Part shown: piece after piece, positions 42,013 to 57,706 of the stretch
Numbering within the stretch: the first letter of the stretch is position 1
Layout of the letters: each line of letters begins with the position of its first letter
The notes under the pieces: model-generated
Databases searched by the model: none
What the model saw: only the letters and a program-made list of their open reading frames with translations
Told to the model about the DNA's origin: nothing
Translations under genes and position numbers: made by a program
NCBI RefSeq assembly: GCF_009914755.1
Contig: NC_060941.1
From: the human T2T-CHM13v2.0 reference genome, Homo sapiens
Length of the DNA: 64,000 nt
Strand: one strand, 5' to 3'

Positions 42013-43218
42013 GATGGTTACCACCACATACACATTCACCCCAAAAGCCAAGATCTCAAGAAATTTCATCTTTCATAAATGCAGATGTACAAAAAGGACA
42101 TCTTTTCATTTACTAAGGAAGTTTCAACGTTTTTACGGACATGCACAATGCTTACAAAGTCAACATTGTTGATAGTGCACCTTTGTGGAGTCGAATTTGC
42201 AAAAAGATGCATAAATGAATTACAGCTCTGTAAAAGAAATGATGCAAAGGTGAAACACAAGCATAGTGATTGTAAAACATAATGCTGACAATTTAAAATA
42301 GAAAAAACAAACAAAAATAGAAAAAATTACAAACAATAAAAAACTAAACAGAAAATCTGATTTATGAAAAAGTATACCACAGGAGTATATTACGGGCAAT
42401 TGCACAGAAACAGTCCCTAAGAGCTGGCTGACTTTCACAATCATTAAGTGTATTTTGAAGGTTTGCATCACAATGGATAACCGCTTTCTTTTAAGACATG
42501 GCTTCCTTGGAGAATGAGCTCACATTCATCTTCTCTGCGGCACTGCTCTTTTTGAAACTCCTCTGTGATTTGACACACACCAGGATAAGCCTTCTCCTTA
42601 CATTTTCCCGTCTTCCATGCTGTGCTTCTGTGTTGTTCTGGGTACGTGGATATGCATTCTGCATGCCCTCTTGTACAGACCCCAGGTTTAATACAAACCA
42701 TACTGGTGATGGAACAGAACACTGTTGTGTAAGTGTCTTCTTATCCTACTATACACACAATTATTTTGAAGCAGTCAGTCACTTTGCTGGTTTCTTTGGG
42801 CAAATGTGGCCATGATTCCCTAAAAGCTCTCAGTGTGTGATCAGCTGGGAGGAACGCCAACGCAGGCAGTGTCATCAGCAGGAACGCCAACACAGGCAAG
42901 AGACTCGCCATCGTAGGCAAGAGACTCAACTCATTTTTAAACGGAAGTTTCTGTCACTGCCATATCACGTGGCCAAGCCACTCATCTGGATTTTGCACCA
43001 AATGCATTGGACTGAATGGAAAAAACAAACTTTATTGGTAACAACTTGAAATTCACTTACAGAAGACTTGATGGCACCTAATTCCAAATCCATCATTATA
43101 GTTTGGGGATTCAGTTAGATGCTAGGAATTTTAGATTTGGGGATTTTGATCTTTAGGGATTTCAAATTTCAGAATTACAGCACTGGAGATTCTGTCTTCC
43201 AGGACTGTGACAGGCACT

Positions 43219-43550
43219 GGTTGAAGCCCTAACCCCCTATTTGAGGTATTGTGGAAATGGGGCCTCTGGGAGATGATTAGATTTCACGTGAGGGTGGGGC
43301 TCTACTGGGATCAGTGTCTTTATAATAAGAGACACCACAGAGCCTGCTCTCTCTCCCTCTGTCTCTGCCATATCAGGGTTCAGAGAAAAGGTGGGTGTCT
43401 GCAAGCCAGGAAGAGCCACATCAGAAAGCAAGCCCTGCCAGGTCTTGATCTAAGACTTTCCAGCTTCCAGAATTGTGAGAAAATAAATTCTGTTGTTTAA
43501 GCCACCTAGCCTCTGGCATTTTGTTATGGCAGCCTGAGCTGATTAAGATA
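43219..43550 (+). mobile_element. MLT1A-like MaLR LTR
   Basis: gttgaagccctaacccc...gactttccagcttccagaattgtgagaaaataaattctgttgtttaagccacc. Confidence 0.82.
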
Positions 43551-43733
43551 ATAATCCAGATCGTAGATGAAAATTAACTAAAAAATGGATTGTAGATCTG
43601 TATGTAAAACCCAAAACTATACACTTTTTAGAAGAAAACAGGAGGAAAACTTTTGTGAACTGGGTTAGCCAAAGATTTCTTAGATACAACATCAAAACCA
43701 CATCCATGGGCGGGGAGTGGGGAGCAAGGTGGC

Positions 43734-44016
43734 TGATATGGTTTGGCTGTGTCCCTACCCAAATCTCATCTTGAATTGTACTCCCATAATTCCCACGTGT
43801 TGTGGGAAGGACCCAGTGGGAGATAACTGAATCATGAGGGCAGTTTCCCCCATACTGTTCTCATGGTAGTGAATAAGTCTCACAAGATCTGATGGTTTTA
43901 CATGGGGTTTCCGATTTCGCTTCTCTCTCATTCTCTCTTTGCCTGTCGCCATCCACGTAAGCTTGGTCCTCCTTGCCTTCTGCCATGATTGTGAGGCCTC
44001 CCCAGCCAAGTGGAAT
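43734..44016 (+). mobile_element. THE1 LTR, 3'-truncated
   Basis: tgatatggtttggctgtgtccc...cccaaatctcatcttgaattgta...gccatgattgtgaggcctccccagcca. Confidence 0.9.
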
Positions 44017-47000
44017 GCAGATGCAGCTTAGATCGCAACACTCAAGTCCTACTGACTACCTGGAAAGCCTTTCCAAGAAGGACAGGTACGAACAAACATA
44101 GACTGCAAAGACTATATGACAAATACCTATCTCTGCAATGCCCAGACACAGATGAACATCCATAAGCATCAAGACCATCCTGGAAAACATGACCTTACCA
44201 AATGAACTAAATGAGGCACCAGGGACCAATCCTGGAGAAACAGAGATATGTGACCTTTCAGTCAGAGAATTCAAAGTAGTTGTTCTGAGGAAACTCAGAG
44301 AAATTCAAGATAACACAGAAGGTATTCGGAATTCTATTTAAAAAAATTAACAAAGAGATTAAAATAATTAAAAAGAAGCAGAAATTCTGGAGCTGAAAAA
44401 TGCAGTTGACATACTAAAGAATGAATCAGAACTTTTTAATAGCAGAATTGATCAAGCAGAAGAATTAGTGAGCTTGAAGAAAGGCTATTTGAAAATACAT
44501 AGTCAGAGAAGACAAAATAAAAAAGAATAAACAATAATGAAGCATGCCTACAATATCTAGAAAATCACCTCAAAAGGGCAAATCTAAGAGTTATTGGCCC
44601 TAAAAAGGAGGTAGAGAGATAGGGGTAGAAAATTTATTCAAAGGGATAATAACTTCCCAAACCTAGAGAAAGCTATCAATATCCAAGAATAAAGAGGTTA
44701 TAGAACACCAAGCAGATTTAACCCAAAGAAGACTACCTCAAGGCATTTAATAATCAAACTCCTGAAGGTCAAGGATAAAGAAAGGACCCTACAAGCAGCA
44801 AGAGAAAAGAAACAAATAACACAATGGAGCTGCAATATGTCTGGCAGCAGACTTTTCGGTAGAAACTTTACAGGTCAGTCTTTCATGCCTAGGAGAGGAT
44901 GGCATGACATATGTAACGTGCTGAAGGAAAAAACTTTTACACTAGAATAGTATATCCAATGAAAATATCCTTCAAACATGAAGGAGAGATAAAGACTTTC
45001 CCAGACAAACAAAAGCTGAGGGATATTATCAACACCAGACCTGTCCTACAAGAAATGCTAAAGAGAGTACTTTAATCAGAAAGAAAGGGATATTAATGAG
45101 CAAAAAGAAATCACCTGAAGGTACAAAACTCACTGCTAATATGAGTACACAGAAAAACACAAAGTATTATAATGCTGTAACTGTGGTGTGTAAACTACTC
45201 TTAAGTGAAAGACTGAACAATGAACCAATCAAAAAGAATAACTATAATAACTTTTCAACAGATAGTACAATAAGATATAAATAGAAACAACAAAAAGTTA
45301 AAAAGTGGGGGACAAAGTTAAGGTATAGAGTTTTTATTAGTTTTCTTTTTGCTTGCATGTTTGTTTATGCAAATAGTATTAAGTTGTTATTAGCTTAAAA
45401 TAATGGGTAATAAGATAATATTTGTAAGCCTGGTGGTAACCTCAAATAAAAAATATACAATGAATACACAAACCATAAAAAGCAAGAAATCAAATCATAT
45501 CGCCAGAGAAAATCACCTTCACTAAAAGGAAGACATGAAGGAAGGAAAGGAAGAGGAGAATACCAAAATACAACCAGAAAACAAATAACAAAATGGCAGG
45601 AGTAAGTCCTTATTTATCAATAGTAACATTAAATGTAAGTGGATTAAATTCTCCAATCAAAAGACATAGAGTGGCTGAATGGATTAAAAAACAAGACCCA
45701 ATGATCTGTTGCCTACAAGAAACACACCTGGCTTCTAAAGAAACAGGCTTAAAATAAAGCAGTGGAAAAACATACTCCATGCCAATGGAACCAGAAAAGA
45801 GCAGGAGTAGCTATACTTATATTGAGGGTCTATCTCAGATGAAATAGATTTAAAGAAAAAAATTATGAGACAAAGAAGGTCACCATATGATGATAAAAAG
45901 GTCAACTCAAGAGAATATAACAGTCATAAATATATATGCACCCAATATTGTAGCACCCAGATATATAAAGCAAAATATTATTAAAGCTAAAGAGATAGAC
46001 CCTCAATATAATAACATCTGGAGACTTCAACACCCTCTTCAACACCTTCAATTTTCAGCACTGAACAGATTTTCCAGACAGAAAATCAACAAGAAACATT
46101 GGACTTAATCTGTGCTACAGACCAAATGGACCTAATAGATATTTACAAAATATTTCCTCCATTGGCTGCGGAGTACACATTCTTTTCCGCAGCACATGGA
46201 TCATCCTCAAGGACAGATCATTTGTTAGGTCACAAAACAAGTCTTACAACATTAAAAAAAAAAACACCTGAAATAATATCAAGCATCTCCTCTGACTACT
46301 AAAATATCTAGTTTTATTTAATGGACTAAAACTAGAAATCAATAAGAGGAATTTTGGAAACTATACAAACAATGGTAATTTAACAATATGCTCCTGAATG
46401 ACAAGTGGGTCAATGAAGAAAGTAAGAAGGAACTTAAAACATTTCTTGAAACAAATGATAATGGAAACACAACATACCAAAACCTATAGGATATAGCAAA
46501 AACAGTACTAAGAAGGAAGTTTTAAATAGTTATAAGTGTCTACATCAAAAAAGAAGAAAACCTTCAAATAAACAACCTAACAATGCATCTTAAGCAACTA
46601 GAAAAGCAACAAACCCAAAATTAGTAGAAGAAAATAAATAACAAAAATCAGAGCAGAAATAAATGAATTCAACATAAAGAAAATACAAAAGATCAATGAA
46701 ACAAAAAGTTGGTTCTTTGAAAAGATAAACAAAATTGATAAACTTTTAGCCAGACTAACAAAAAAAGAGAGAACACCCAAATAAAATCAGGGATGAAAAG
46801 AGAGACATTACAACTGATACTGGAGAAATTCAAAGAAATTAGTGGCTAGTATGAGCAACTATACACCAATAAATTGGAAAATCTAAGGGAAAAATTTAGA
46901 AAAATTAGAAATAAATCTAGGGGAAGAGATCTAGAAAATCTAGGAAAAAAAATCAAAATTCCTAGACACATACAGCCTACCAAGACTGAACCATGAAAAA

Positions 47001-47254
47001 ATCCAAAACCTAAATAGATCAATAACAAGTAACAGGGTCAAAGTCATAATACAAAGTCTCCTAGCAAAGAAAAGCCTGGGACCCAATGGCTTCACTGCTG
47101 AAATCTACCAAACATTTAAAGAACTAATACCAATCCTACCCAAATTATTCCAAAAAATAGAGGAGGAAGGAATACTTCCAAACTCACTCTACAAGACCAA
47201 TTTTACCCTGATACCAAAACCAGACAAAGACACATAAAAAAATTAAAACTATAG

Positions 47255-47371
<117 letters not shown>

Positions 47372-47786
47372 TAGTTCAACATATGCAAATCAATTAATGT
47401 GATACATCATGTCAACAGAATAGACACAAAAACCATATGATCAATTCAATTCATGCTGAAAAAGCATTTGATAACATTCAACATCTCTTCATGATTAAAA
47501 ATCCTAAAAAGCAAGGTATAGAAGGAACATCCCTTAACATAATAAAAGCCATATACAAAAGATCCACAATTAGTATCATATTGAATGAAGAAAAACTGAA
47601 AGCCTTTCCTCTGAGATTGGGAACATGACAAGCATGCCTACTGTCACCACTGTTATTCAACATTGTACTGAAAGTCCTAGCTAAAGCAATCAGGCAAGAG
47701 AAATAAAGGGCATCCAAATTGGAAAGGAAGAAGTCAAATTCTCCATGTTTGCAGATGATATAATCTTATATTTTAAAAAAACCTAA

Positions 47787-48178
<392 letters not shown>

Positions 48179-48231
48179 ATCAGTAGCATTTCTATATGCC
48201 AACAGTGAACAATTTGAAAAAGAAATCAAGA

Positions 48232-48590
48232 AAGTAATCTCATTTACAATAGCTACAAATAAAATAAAATATCTAGGAATTAACTAAAATAAAAGAGTGA
48301 AAGATCTCTACAATGAAAACTATAAAACACTGATGCAAGAAATTAAAGAAGAGTAATCTCATTTACAATAGTGATAACTAAAATAAAATGCCTAGGAATT
48401 AACTCAACCAAAGGAGTGAAAGATCTCTACGATGAAAACTATAAAACACTGATGCAAGAAATTAAAGAAGAGTAATCTCATTTACAACAGTGATAACTAA
48501 AATAAAATTACCAAGGAATTAACTCAACCAAAGGAGTGAAAGATCTCTATGATGAAAACTATAAAACACTGATGCAAGAAATTAAAGAAG
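48232..48590. repeat. 119-bp tandem triplication inside L1 ORF2
   Basis: agtaatctcatttacaa...gagtgaaagatctcta...tgaaaactataaaacactgatgcaagaaattaaagaag x3. Confidence 0.92.
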
Positions 48591-48662
48591 GCACCAAAAA
48601 AATGGAAAGATATTCCAGGTTCACGGATTCGAAGAACGACTATTGTTAAAATATCTATACTA

Positions 48663-49032
<370 letters not shown>

Positions 49033-50411
49033 TAGAAAACACAACCCTAAAATTTATATGAAACCACAGAAGAACCAGAATAGCCCCAGCTATCCTAAGC
49101 AAGAGGAACAAAATTGGAGGAATCACATTACCTGACTTAGACTACAGAGCTATAGCAATCAAAACAGCATGGTACTTGCATAAAAACAGACACATAGATC
49201 CGTGGAACAGAATAGAGAACCCATAGATAAATCAATATATCTACAGTGAACTCATTTTTGACAAACATGCCAAGAACTTACATTGGGGAAGAGATGGTCT
49301 CTTCAATAAATGGTGTTGGGAAAACTGGATATCCATATGCAAAAGAATGAAATTAGACCCCTATCTTTCACCATATGCAAAAATCAAATCAAAATGGATT
49401 AAAGACTTACATTTAAGACTTCAAACTATGAAACTACTGAAAGAAAACATTGGGGAAATTCTCTAGGACATTGGACTGGGCAACGATTTCTTGAGTAAGA
49501 CCCCACAAGCACAGGCAACCAAAGCAAAAATGGGCAGACGGGATCACATCAAGTTAAAAAGCTTCTGTACAGCAAAGGAAACTATCAACAAAGTGAAGAG
49601 ACAACCCACAGAATGGGAGAAAATATTTGTAAATTACCCATCTGACAAGGGATTAATAACCAGAACATATACAGAGCTCAAACAACTCTAGGAAAAATAG
49701 AATAATCCAATTAAATGTGGGCAAAAGATCTGAACAGACACTTCTCAAAAGAAGACAAATAGCAAACAGGCACATGAAAAGGTGCTCAACATCACTGATC
49801 ATCAGAGAAATGCAAATAAAACATACCATTTTTCTCATTCCAGTTAAAATGGCTTTTATCCAAAAAATCAGTCAATAACAAATGCTGGTGAAGATGTGAA
49901 GAAAAGGGAACCCCTGTACAATGTCGGTGGGAATGTAAATTAGTACAACCACTATGGAGAACAGTTTGGAGGTTCCTCAAAAAACTAAAAATAGAGCCAC
50001 TGTATGATCCAGCAATCCCTCTCCTGGGTATATGCTCAAAAGAAAGGAAATCAGTATATCAAAGAGTTGCCTGCACTCACGTATTCACTGCAGCACTATT
50101 CACAATAGCCAAGATTTGGAAACAATCTAAATGTCTATCATCACATGAATGAATAAAGAAATGTGGTACATACACACAATGAAGTGTATGAATGAGATCC
50201 TGGCATTTGCAACAACATAGACGGCACTGGGGGGTCATTATGTTAAGTGAAATAAGCCAGACACAGAAAGACAAACTTCACATGTTCTCGCTTATTTGTG
50301 GGAGCTAAACATTCAAACAATTGACCTCATGGAGATAGAGAATAAAAGGATGGTTACCAGAGGCTGGGAAGAGTAGTGGGTGGTGGGAGGGAAGTAGGGA
50401 AGGTTAATGGG

Positions 50412-50422
<11 letters not shown>

Positions 50423-50445
<23 letters not shown>

Positions 50446-50512
50446 TCTATATCTATCTAGATCTATCTATCTATCTATATCTATATATAGATATATATCT
50501 AGATATATATAG
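50423..50512. repeat. (TA)n/(TATC)n microsatellite
   Basis: Directly visible. Confidence 0.95.
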
Positions 50513-50819
50513 TTACAAAGAATGAATAAGACCTAGAATTTGCTGGCACAACAGGGTGACTATAGTCAAAATTAGTTTAACTCTACACTTAAAAATAACT
50601 AAAAGAATATAGTTGTATTGTTTGTAACACAAAGGATAAATGCTTGAGGTGAAGTGACGGATACCCCATTTACCCTGATGTGATTATCATGCACTGCATG
50701 CCTATATGCAAATATCTCACATAATCCATAAATATACGTACTTACTATGTACCCACAATAATTTAAAAAAATTTTAAATCTAAAAAAGCATGTCCATAAA
50801 AGGAAAATAGATAAATTGA

Positions 50820-51143
<324 letters not shown>

Positions 51144-51905
51144 AAAAATTACAACTTCTACTCTTTGAAAGACATTGTTAAAAGAATGAAAAGACAAGCC
51201 ACTGACTCAGAAAACATATTTACAAAGTCTGACAAAGGACTTGTGTCTGGAATATATAAACAACTCTTAAAATTCAACAATAAGAATGCAAACAATTCAA
51301 CACAAAAATGGGCAAAGGATGTGAACAGACACTTTACCAAAGAAGATACACGGATGGCAAATACATCTACGAAAAGATGTTTCACATTATTACCCATTTG
51401 AGAAATGCAAACTAAAATCACCACGAGATACCACTACATACCTACTAGATTAGCTAAAATTAAAAAAAAAAAAGATCATATCAAGAGTTGGCAAGGACAT
51501 GGAAGAACTGAATTCTCATACATGGCTTGAGAATGTAAAATGGTGCAACCAATTTGGAAAGCACTTTGGCAGTTTCTTTAAAAGTGAAACACATCCCTAC
51601 CATATGAACCAGCCCTTCCACTTCTAAGTATTTTCCCAAGAGAAAAGGCTGGACATATATTCACTGTCATGCACACACAAAGGCTTGTACATATGTTCAC
51701 TGTCATGCACAAAGGCTTGTACATATGTTCACTGTCATGCACACACAAAGGCTTGTACATATGTTCACTGTCATGCACACACAAAGGCTTGTACATATGT
51801 TCACTGTCATGCACAAAGGCTTGTACACAAATGTGCAAGGAACTGGAACAACTCAAGTGTCCATCTACAGCTAAGTGGGTAAACAAATTGTACATCCACA
51901 CCACA
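51144..51905 (+). mobile_element. Older L1M 3' ORF2 segment with a 37-41 bp tandem repeat x4-5 (about 51650-51830)
   Basis: KRMKRQATD...KWAKDVNRHFTKED peptide. Repeat aaaggcttgtacatatgttcactgtcatgcac(acac). Confidence 0.82.
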
Positions 51906-51910
51906 GAACA

Positions 51911-53296
<1,386 letters not shown>

Positions 53297-54269
53297 CTGT
53301 GAGCGAGCCACGCATCTGGACCCACAGTAATTATGCTGAGTGAAGGTGGCCAGACCAGTGAAGCACACAGCACATGACTGCATTTACCTGAGCCTCCAGC
53401 AAATGTAAAACTGCTGTGCAGGCAGAAAGTGGGTCATGGTTGCATGGTGTGGGGAGGGCTCCGGGATGGACAGGAGGAAACTTGGGGTGTTGGATATATG
53501 TGTTCACTGTGTTGACTGTGGTGGGTCACTGGGGTACAGACACATGTCAAAACCGATCAAACTGTACATTTGAAATAGGGGCCATTTGCTGTATGTCAGT
53601 TATACATCAACAAAGCTACACATCAACAAAGGTATACATCAACAAGACAAATGGACAAATCACTGTAAATCCCATAAAGCCTCTAGCTCTAAGTACTACT
53701 TTGCAGGAACTCCAGGGACAGAGGAATCTGTTAAATGAGACCAGGGAGATGCAATCAGCAGAAGTCGGACTACTGAAAGCACCGATGGCAAATCATTCAA
53801 CATCGTCCACAACATAGTCAAGGAAAAGGAAGACGGAGGAATCTGGATATTTAAAGGGATTTATCAACAACTGCAATGTATGCACCTTCTTTAGATCTCA
53901 ATTCAAACCAGAAACCGTGAAGAAAAAAGGAAGAAGATGAGAAAGTGGACAAGGAGGAGAAAAACAGAACTTTATGAAACAGAAAGTCCCAGGAAGGAAC
54001 ACTTCGGCATCCTTCAAGTCAACACAGGGTGTAGGACTCCATTTACGTAAAATTCCAGCAAACGTAAACCAGTCTATGGTCACAGAAAGCAGAGGGGCGG
54101 GCGGGGTGGGGGACGGGAGCCCCTCTAGGTGCTGGGTGTGTGACCTGCACACAGAGACATCTGAGAGGAACAAGTGGTGGGTTTGCAGTAACATCGTTTT
54201 TTCTCTGTAATTTTTTATATTGCTTGACTTTATGAAACAGTGAAGCATAACTTTGACAAATGCAATAAA

Positions 54270-54630
<361 letters not shown>

Positions 54631-55317
54631 TAACTGATAAAAGAACATTGATTCATTTTAATTAAAAAACATGAAAATAAAAAACTCTTCTATGGGCATC
54701 AAAGCTAACACTCAGGAGAAAGCCTGCCCCCACGGGGCAGCTCAGCCATGGCCTCCGGGGAACCCGCTCTCGGTGACAGCGCTCTGACCGCGGTCTGGAG
54801 CTGGGCTGAAACTCAACATGTGTCCAGACTGCTGCAGTTCAGAACCAGCTTGGCAACGCCGAACCGCATTCCGGTTTGCACGAGGTGCACGTTACTTAGA
54901 AAAGTAGCCACAGTCTGCCTGAGTTCCCGTTTTAAGTATTTTCACAACTTCACTGAAAAGCACAGCAACTCACTCACAGTGTGCAGCCTAGTCACCAGGA
55001 CACGCGCCCTCGGCCGCTAGCTCGTACAGGGAAGGGCTGTCATGACATGACCACAAGATGGTCTCTGCCTCCCCCAGGGGCAGCCAAGGGCCCCACAGAG
55101 GATGGCAGGGACAAGCCACCCATGTGGCAACGGCCACGTCCCCTCCCTCAGACGGCAGCCAGTCATACCCGAGGCGGCACCGCGGGCGGCCCCGTGTCCA
55201 GTCTCACAGAAGCACAGTCCACTGCCGAGGACACCCTGTTGTCCACATCGCATGCAGCAGCCTGGCTCTTGGAACGTGCTGGGGGCACACGGGACACGGA
55301 GACGCTGAAACACTAGC

Positions 55318-57350
55318 TGTGGGATTCCTGAGCCCGCCCTCCCACTCTCTGCAGTCCGCGTGTGGGATTCCTGAGCCCGCCCTCCGCGTGTGGGATTCCT
55401 GAGCCCGCCCTCCCGCCCTCCGCGTGTGGGATTCCTGAGCCCGCCCTCCCACTCTCCGCAGTCCGCGTGTGGGATTCCTGAGCCCGCCCTCCCGCCCTCC
55501 GCGTGTGGGATTCCTGAGCCCGCCCTCCCGCCCTCCGCGTGTGGGATTCCTGAGCCCGCCCTCCCACTCTCCGCAGTCCGCGTGTGGGATTCCTGAGCCC
55601 GCCCTCCCGCCCTCCGCGTGTGGGATTCCTGAGCTCGCCCTCCCACTCTCTGCAGTCCGCGTGTGGGATTCCTGAGCCCGCCCTCCGCGTGTGGGATTCC
55701 TGAGCCCGCCCTCCCACTCTCTGCAGTCCGCGTGTGGGATTCCTGAGCCCGCCCTCCCGCCCTCCGCGTGTGGGATTCCTGAGCCCGCCCTCCCGCCCTC
55801 CGCAGTCCGCGTGTGGGATTCCTGAGCCCGCCCTCCCGCCCTCCGCGTGTGGGATTCCTGAGCTCGCCCTCCCACTCTCTGCAGTCCGCGTGTGGGATTC
55901 CTGAGCCCGCCCTCCCACTCTCCGCAGTCCGCGTGTGGGATTCCTGAGCCCGCCCTCCCGCCCTCCGCGTGTGGGATTCCTGAGCTCGCCCTCCCACTCT
56001 CTGCAGTCCGCGTGTGGGATTCCTGAGCCCGCCCTCCCACTCTCTGCAGTCCGCGTGTGGGATTCCTGAGCCCGCCCTCCCACTCTCTGCAGTCCGCGTG
56101 TGGGATTCCTGAGCCCACCCTCCCACTCTCTGCAGTCCGCGTGTGGGATTCCTGAGCTCGCCCTCCCACTCTCTGCAGTCCGCGTGTGGGATTCCTGAGC
56201 CCGCCCTCCCGCCCTCCGCATGTGGGATTCCTGAGCCCGCCCTCCCGCCCTCCGCGTGTGGGATTCCTGAGCCCGCCCTCCCACTCTCTGCAGTCCGCGT
56301 GTGGGATTCCTGAGCCCACCCTCCCACTCTCTGCAGTCCGCGTGTGGGATTCCTGAGCTCGCCCTCCCACTCTCTGCAGTCCGCGTGTGGGATTCCTGAG
56401 CTCGCCCTCCCGCCCTCCGCGTGTGGGATTCCTGAGCTCGCCCTCCCACTCTCCGCAGTCCGCGTGTGGGATTCCTGAGCCCGCCCTCCCGCCCTCCGCA
56501 TGTGGGATTCCTGAGCCCGCCCTCCCGCCCTCCGCGTGTGGGATTCCTGAGCCCGCCCTCCCACTCTCTGCAGTCCGCGTGTGGGATTCCTGAGCCCGCC
56601 CTCCCGCCCTCCGCGTGTGGGATTCCTGAGCTCGCCCTCCCACTCTCCGCAGTCCGCGTGTGGGATTCCTGAGCCCGCCCTCCCGCCCTCCGCGTGTGGG
56701 ATTCCTGAGCCCGCCCTCCCACTCTCCGCAGTCCGCGTGTGGGATTCCTGAGCCCGCCCTCCCGCCCTCCGCGTGTGGGATTCCTGAGCCCGCCCTCCCA
56801 CTCTCTGCAGTCCGCGTGTGGGATTCCTGAGCTCGCCCTCCCGCCCTCCGCGTGTGGGATTCCTGAGCTCGCCCTCCCACTCTCTGCAGTCCGCGTGTGG
56901 GATTCCTGAGCCCGCCCTCCCGCCCTCCGCGTGTGGGATTCCTGAGCTCGCCCTCCCACTCTCTGCAGTCCGCGTGTGGGATTCCTGAGCTCGCCCTCCC
57001 GCCCTCCGCGTGTGGGATTCCTGAGCTCGCCCTCCCACTCTCTGCAGTCCGCGTGTGGGATTCCTGAGCTCGCCCTCCCACTCTCTGCAGTCCGCATGTG
57101 GGATTCCTGAGCTCGCCCTCCCACCCTCCGCACTCCGCGTGTGGGATTCCTGAGCTCGCCCTCCCACCCTCCGCAGTCCGCGTGTGGGATTCCTGAGCCC
57201 GCCCTCCCACTCTCTGCAGTCCGCGTGTGGGATTCCTGAGCCCGCCCTCCCACCCTCCGCAGTCCGCGTGTGGGATTCCTGAGCTCGCCTTCCTGCCCTC
57301 TGCGGTCTGCGTGTGGGATTACTGAGCTCACCCTCCCGCCCTCCGCGTGT
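55318..57350. repeat. CpG-rich VNTR, 36/43-bp unit variants, about 50 copies
   Basis: gtgtgggattcctgagcccgccctccc followed by either actctctgcagtccgc or gccctccgc. Confidence 0.98.
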
Positions 57351-57610
57351 AAGTGGACCTGTGCGGTCGGGTTTCCCAGCTCAGAACTTGAACCAGCCTG
57401 AACTGCCGGCCTGAGACCAGCCTAGCACATGTGTCCGCTGGGGCCACTCTCATCTTCCACTCTGTGCGATTGATGGCATGTGAGTGAAGGCGAGGACAGA
57501 AGGACCACGGCCCACGACGACGCAGACACAAGAGGCCACAGCATAATGCATGAGATGGCGCCCAGAGGCGACCTGTGCACCTGCCCCAGACAAGGCGCCA
57601 GGCGAGGTAC

Positions 57611-57706
57611 CTGGGTTAGGAGCTGCTCCGGCGTCAGCTGGTTGATCCAACGTGTGTATCGTTCGGTGGAGTTAGGGGGATCTCTCCTCACTCTGCAACC
57701 AATGAT
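57611..57706 (-). CDS. B3GNTL1: B3GNTL1/QTGAL internal coding exon (96 nt, phase 0-0): [32 protein letters not shown]
   Basis: Minus-strand acceptor TTTTTCACAG|ATC (AG at 57707-57708) and donor CAG|GTACCT (GT at 57609-57610). The 32 codons match the remembered B3GNTL1 protein and join in frame to the exon at 16907-17002. Confidence 0.95.

Larger units (their letters stand above)
39513..43212. mobile_element. Ricksha-like (MuDR) DNA transposon, interrupted by L1 insertions
   Basis: Inverted terminal regions: gttgaaatcctgaaagatcaaaatccctaaagtctaaaatcc (left) and ggaattttagatttggggattttgatctttagggatttcaa (right). The family name is from memory. Confidence 0.75.

Noticed and set aside
55017-57331. 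ORFs of 668-716 aa on the minus strand
   Set aside because: They are translations of a stop-free VNTR in all three frames, intronic, with no domain content.
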